DNA of 64,000 bases from the human T2T-CHM13v2.0 reference genome, Homo sapiens. The notes under the pieces are model-generated. The model saw only the letters and a list, made by a program, of their open reading frames with translations, had not been told where the DNA came from and ran no database searches. This document shows, one piece after another, positions 63,766-64,000 of this stretch (position 1 is the stretch's first letter; each line of letters starts with the position of its first letter). The position numbers were made by a program, and so were the translations under genes. The DNA lies in the NCBI RefSeq assembly GCF_009914755.1, contig NC_060936.1. One strand, written 5' to 3'.

Positions 63766-63853
63766 AATGGAACGCTTCACGAATTTGTGTGTCATCCTTG
63801 TGCAGGGCCCATGCTAATCTTCTCTGTATCATTCCAATTTTACTATATGTGCT
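63766..63853 (-). pseudogene. U6 snRNA retropseudogene (lacks about 14 nt at the 5' end)
   Basis: Reverse complement AGCACATATAGTAAAATTGGAATGATACAGAGAAGATTAGCATGG...AAATTCGTGAAGCGTTCCAT including the ACAGAGA box; A-rich tail 63740-63765. Confidence 0.93.
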
Positions 63854-63856
63854 CAT

Positions 63857-63975
63857 TGTACAGACAGAAACTCTATTTGTTCCCCAGGCTGGTCTCAAAA
63901 TCTTGGCCTGAAGCTATCCTCCTGCCTTGGCCTCCCAAAATGCTGTGATTACAGACATGAGCCACCATGCCCGGC
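63857..63975 (-). mobile_element. FLAM/Alu left monomer abutting U6
   Basis: Antisense left arm ending gcccggcc. Confidence 0.85.
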
Positions 63976-64000
63976 CTGGGAAGAGCTTTAAAATGAAATT

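Noticed and set aside
63766-63853. Functional U6 gene
   Set aside because: 5'-truncated, several substitutions, A-tail, and an Alu monomer where the upstream PSE/TATA should be.

Overview
Human genomic DNA (a human-specific AluYb8 is present), dominated by interspersed repeats: about 70 Alu/FLAM copies, L1M/L2/MIR fragments, solo LTRs (LTR12C, LTR3, LTR2, MLT1C/D, MSTB), a truncated MER4-group provirus, DNA transposons (near full-length Hsmar1, MER20, MER33, MER102, MER5A) and a U6 retrocopy fused to an Alu left monomer. Nearly all ORF-track entries are repeat artefacts. Hidden in the unique sequence is a spliced minus-strand gene remnant: five exons (41033-41132, 32936-33160, 30376-30525, 7510-7630, 2293-2427) with matching splice phases join into a 731-nt frame resembling the FAM194 domain of C3orf20/ERICH6. 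It is a distinct paralogue, carries a minor-spliceosome (U12) intron with unusual AT-AT termini, and has an in-frame TAG, so it is probably a unitary or polymorphic pseudogene. Repeat subfamily names and protein homology come from my memory of consensus sequences, not from a search; most repeat boundaries are approximate.
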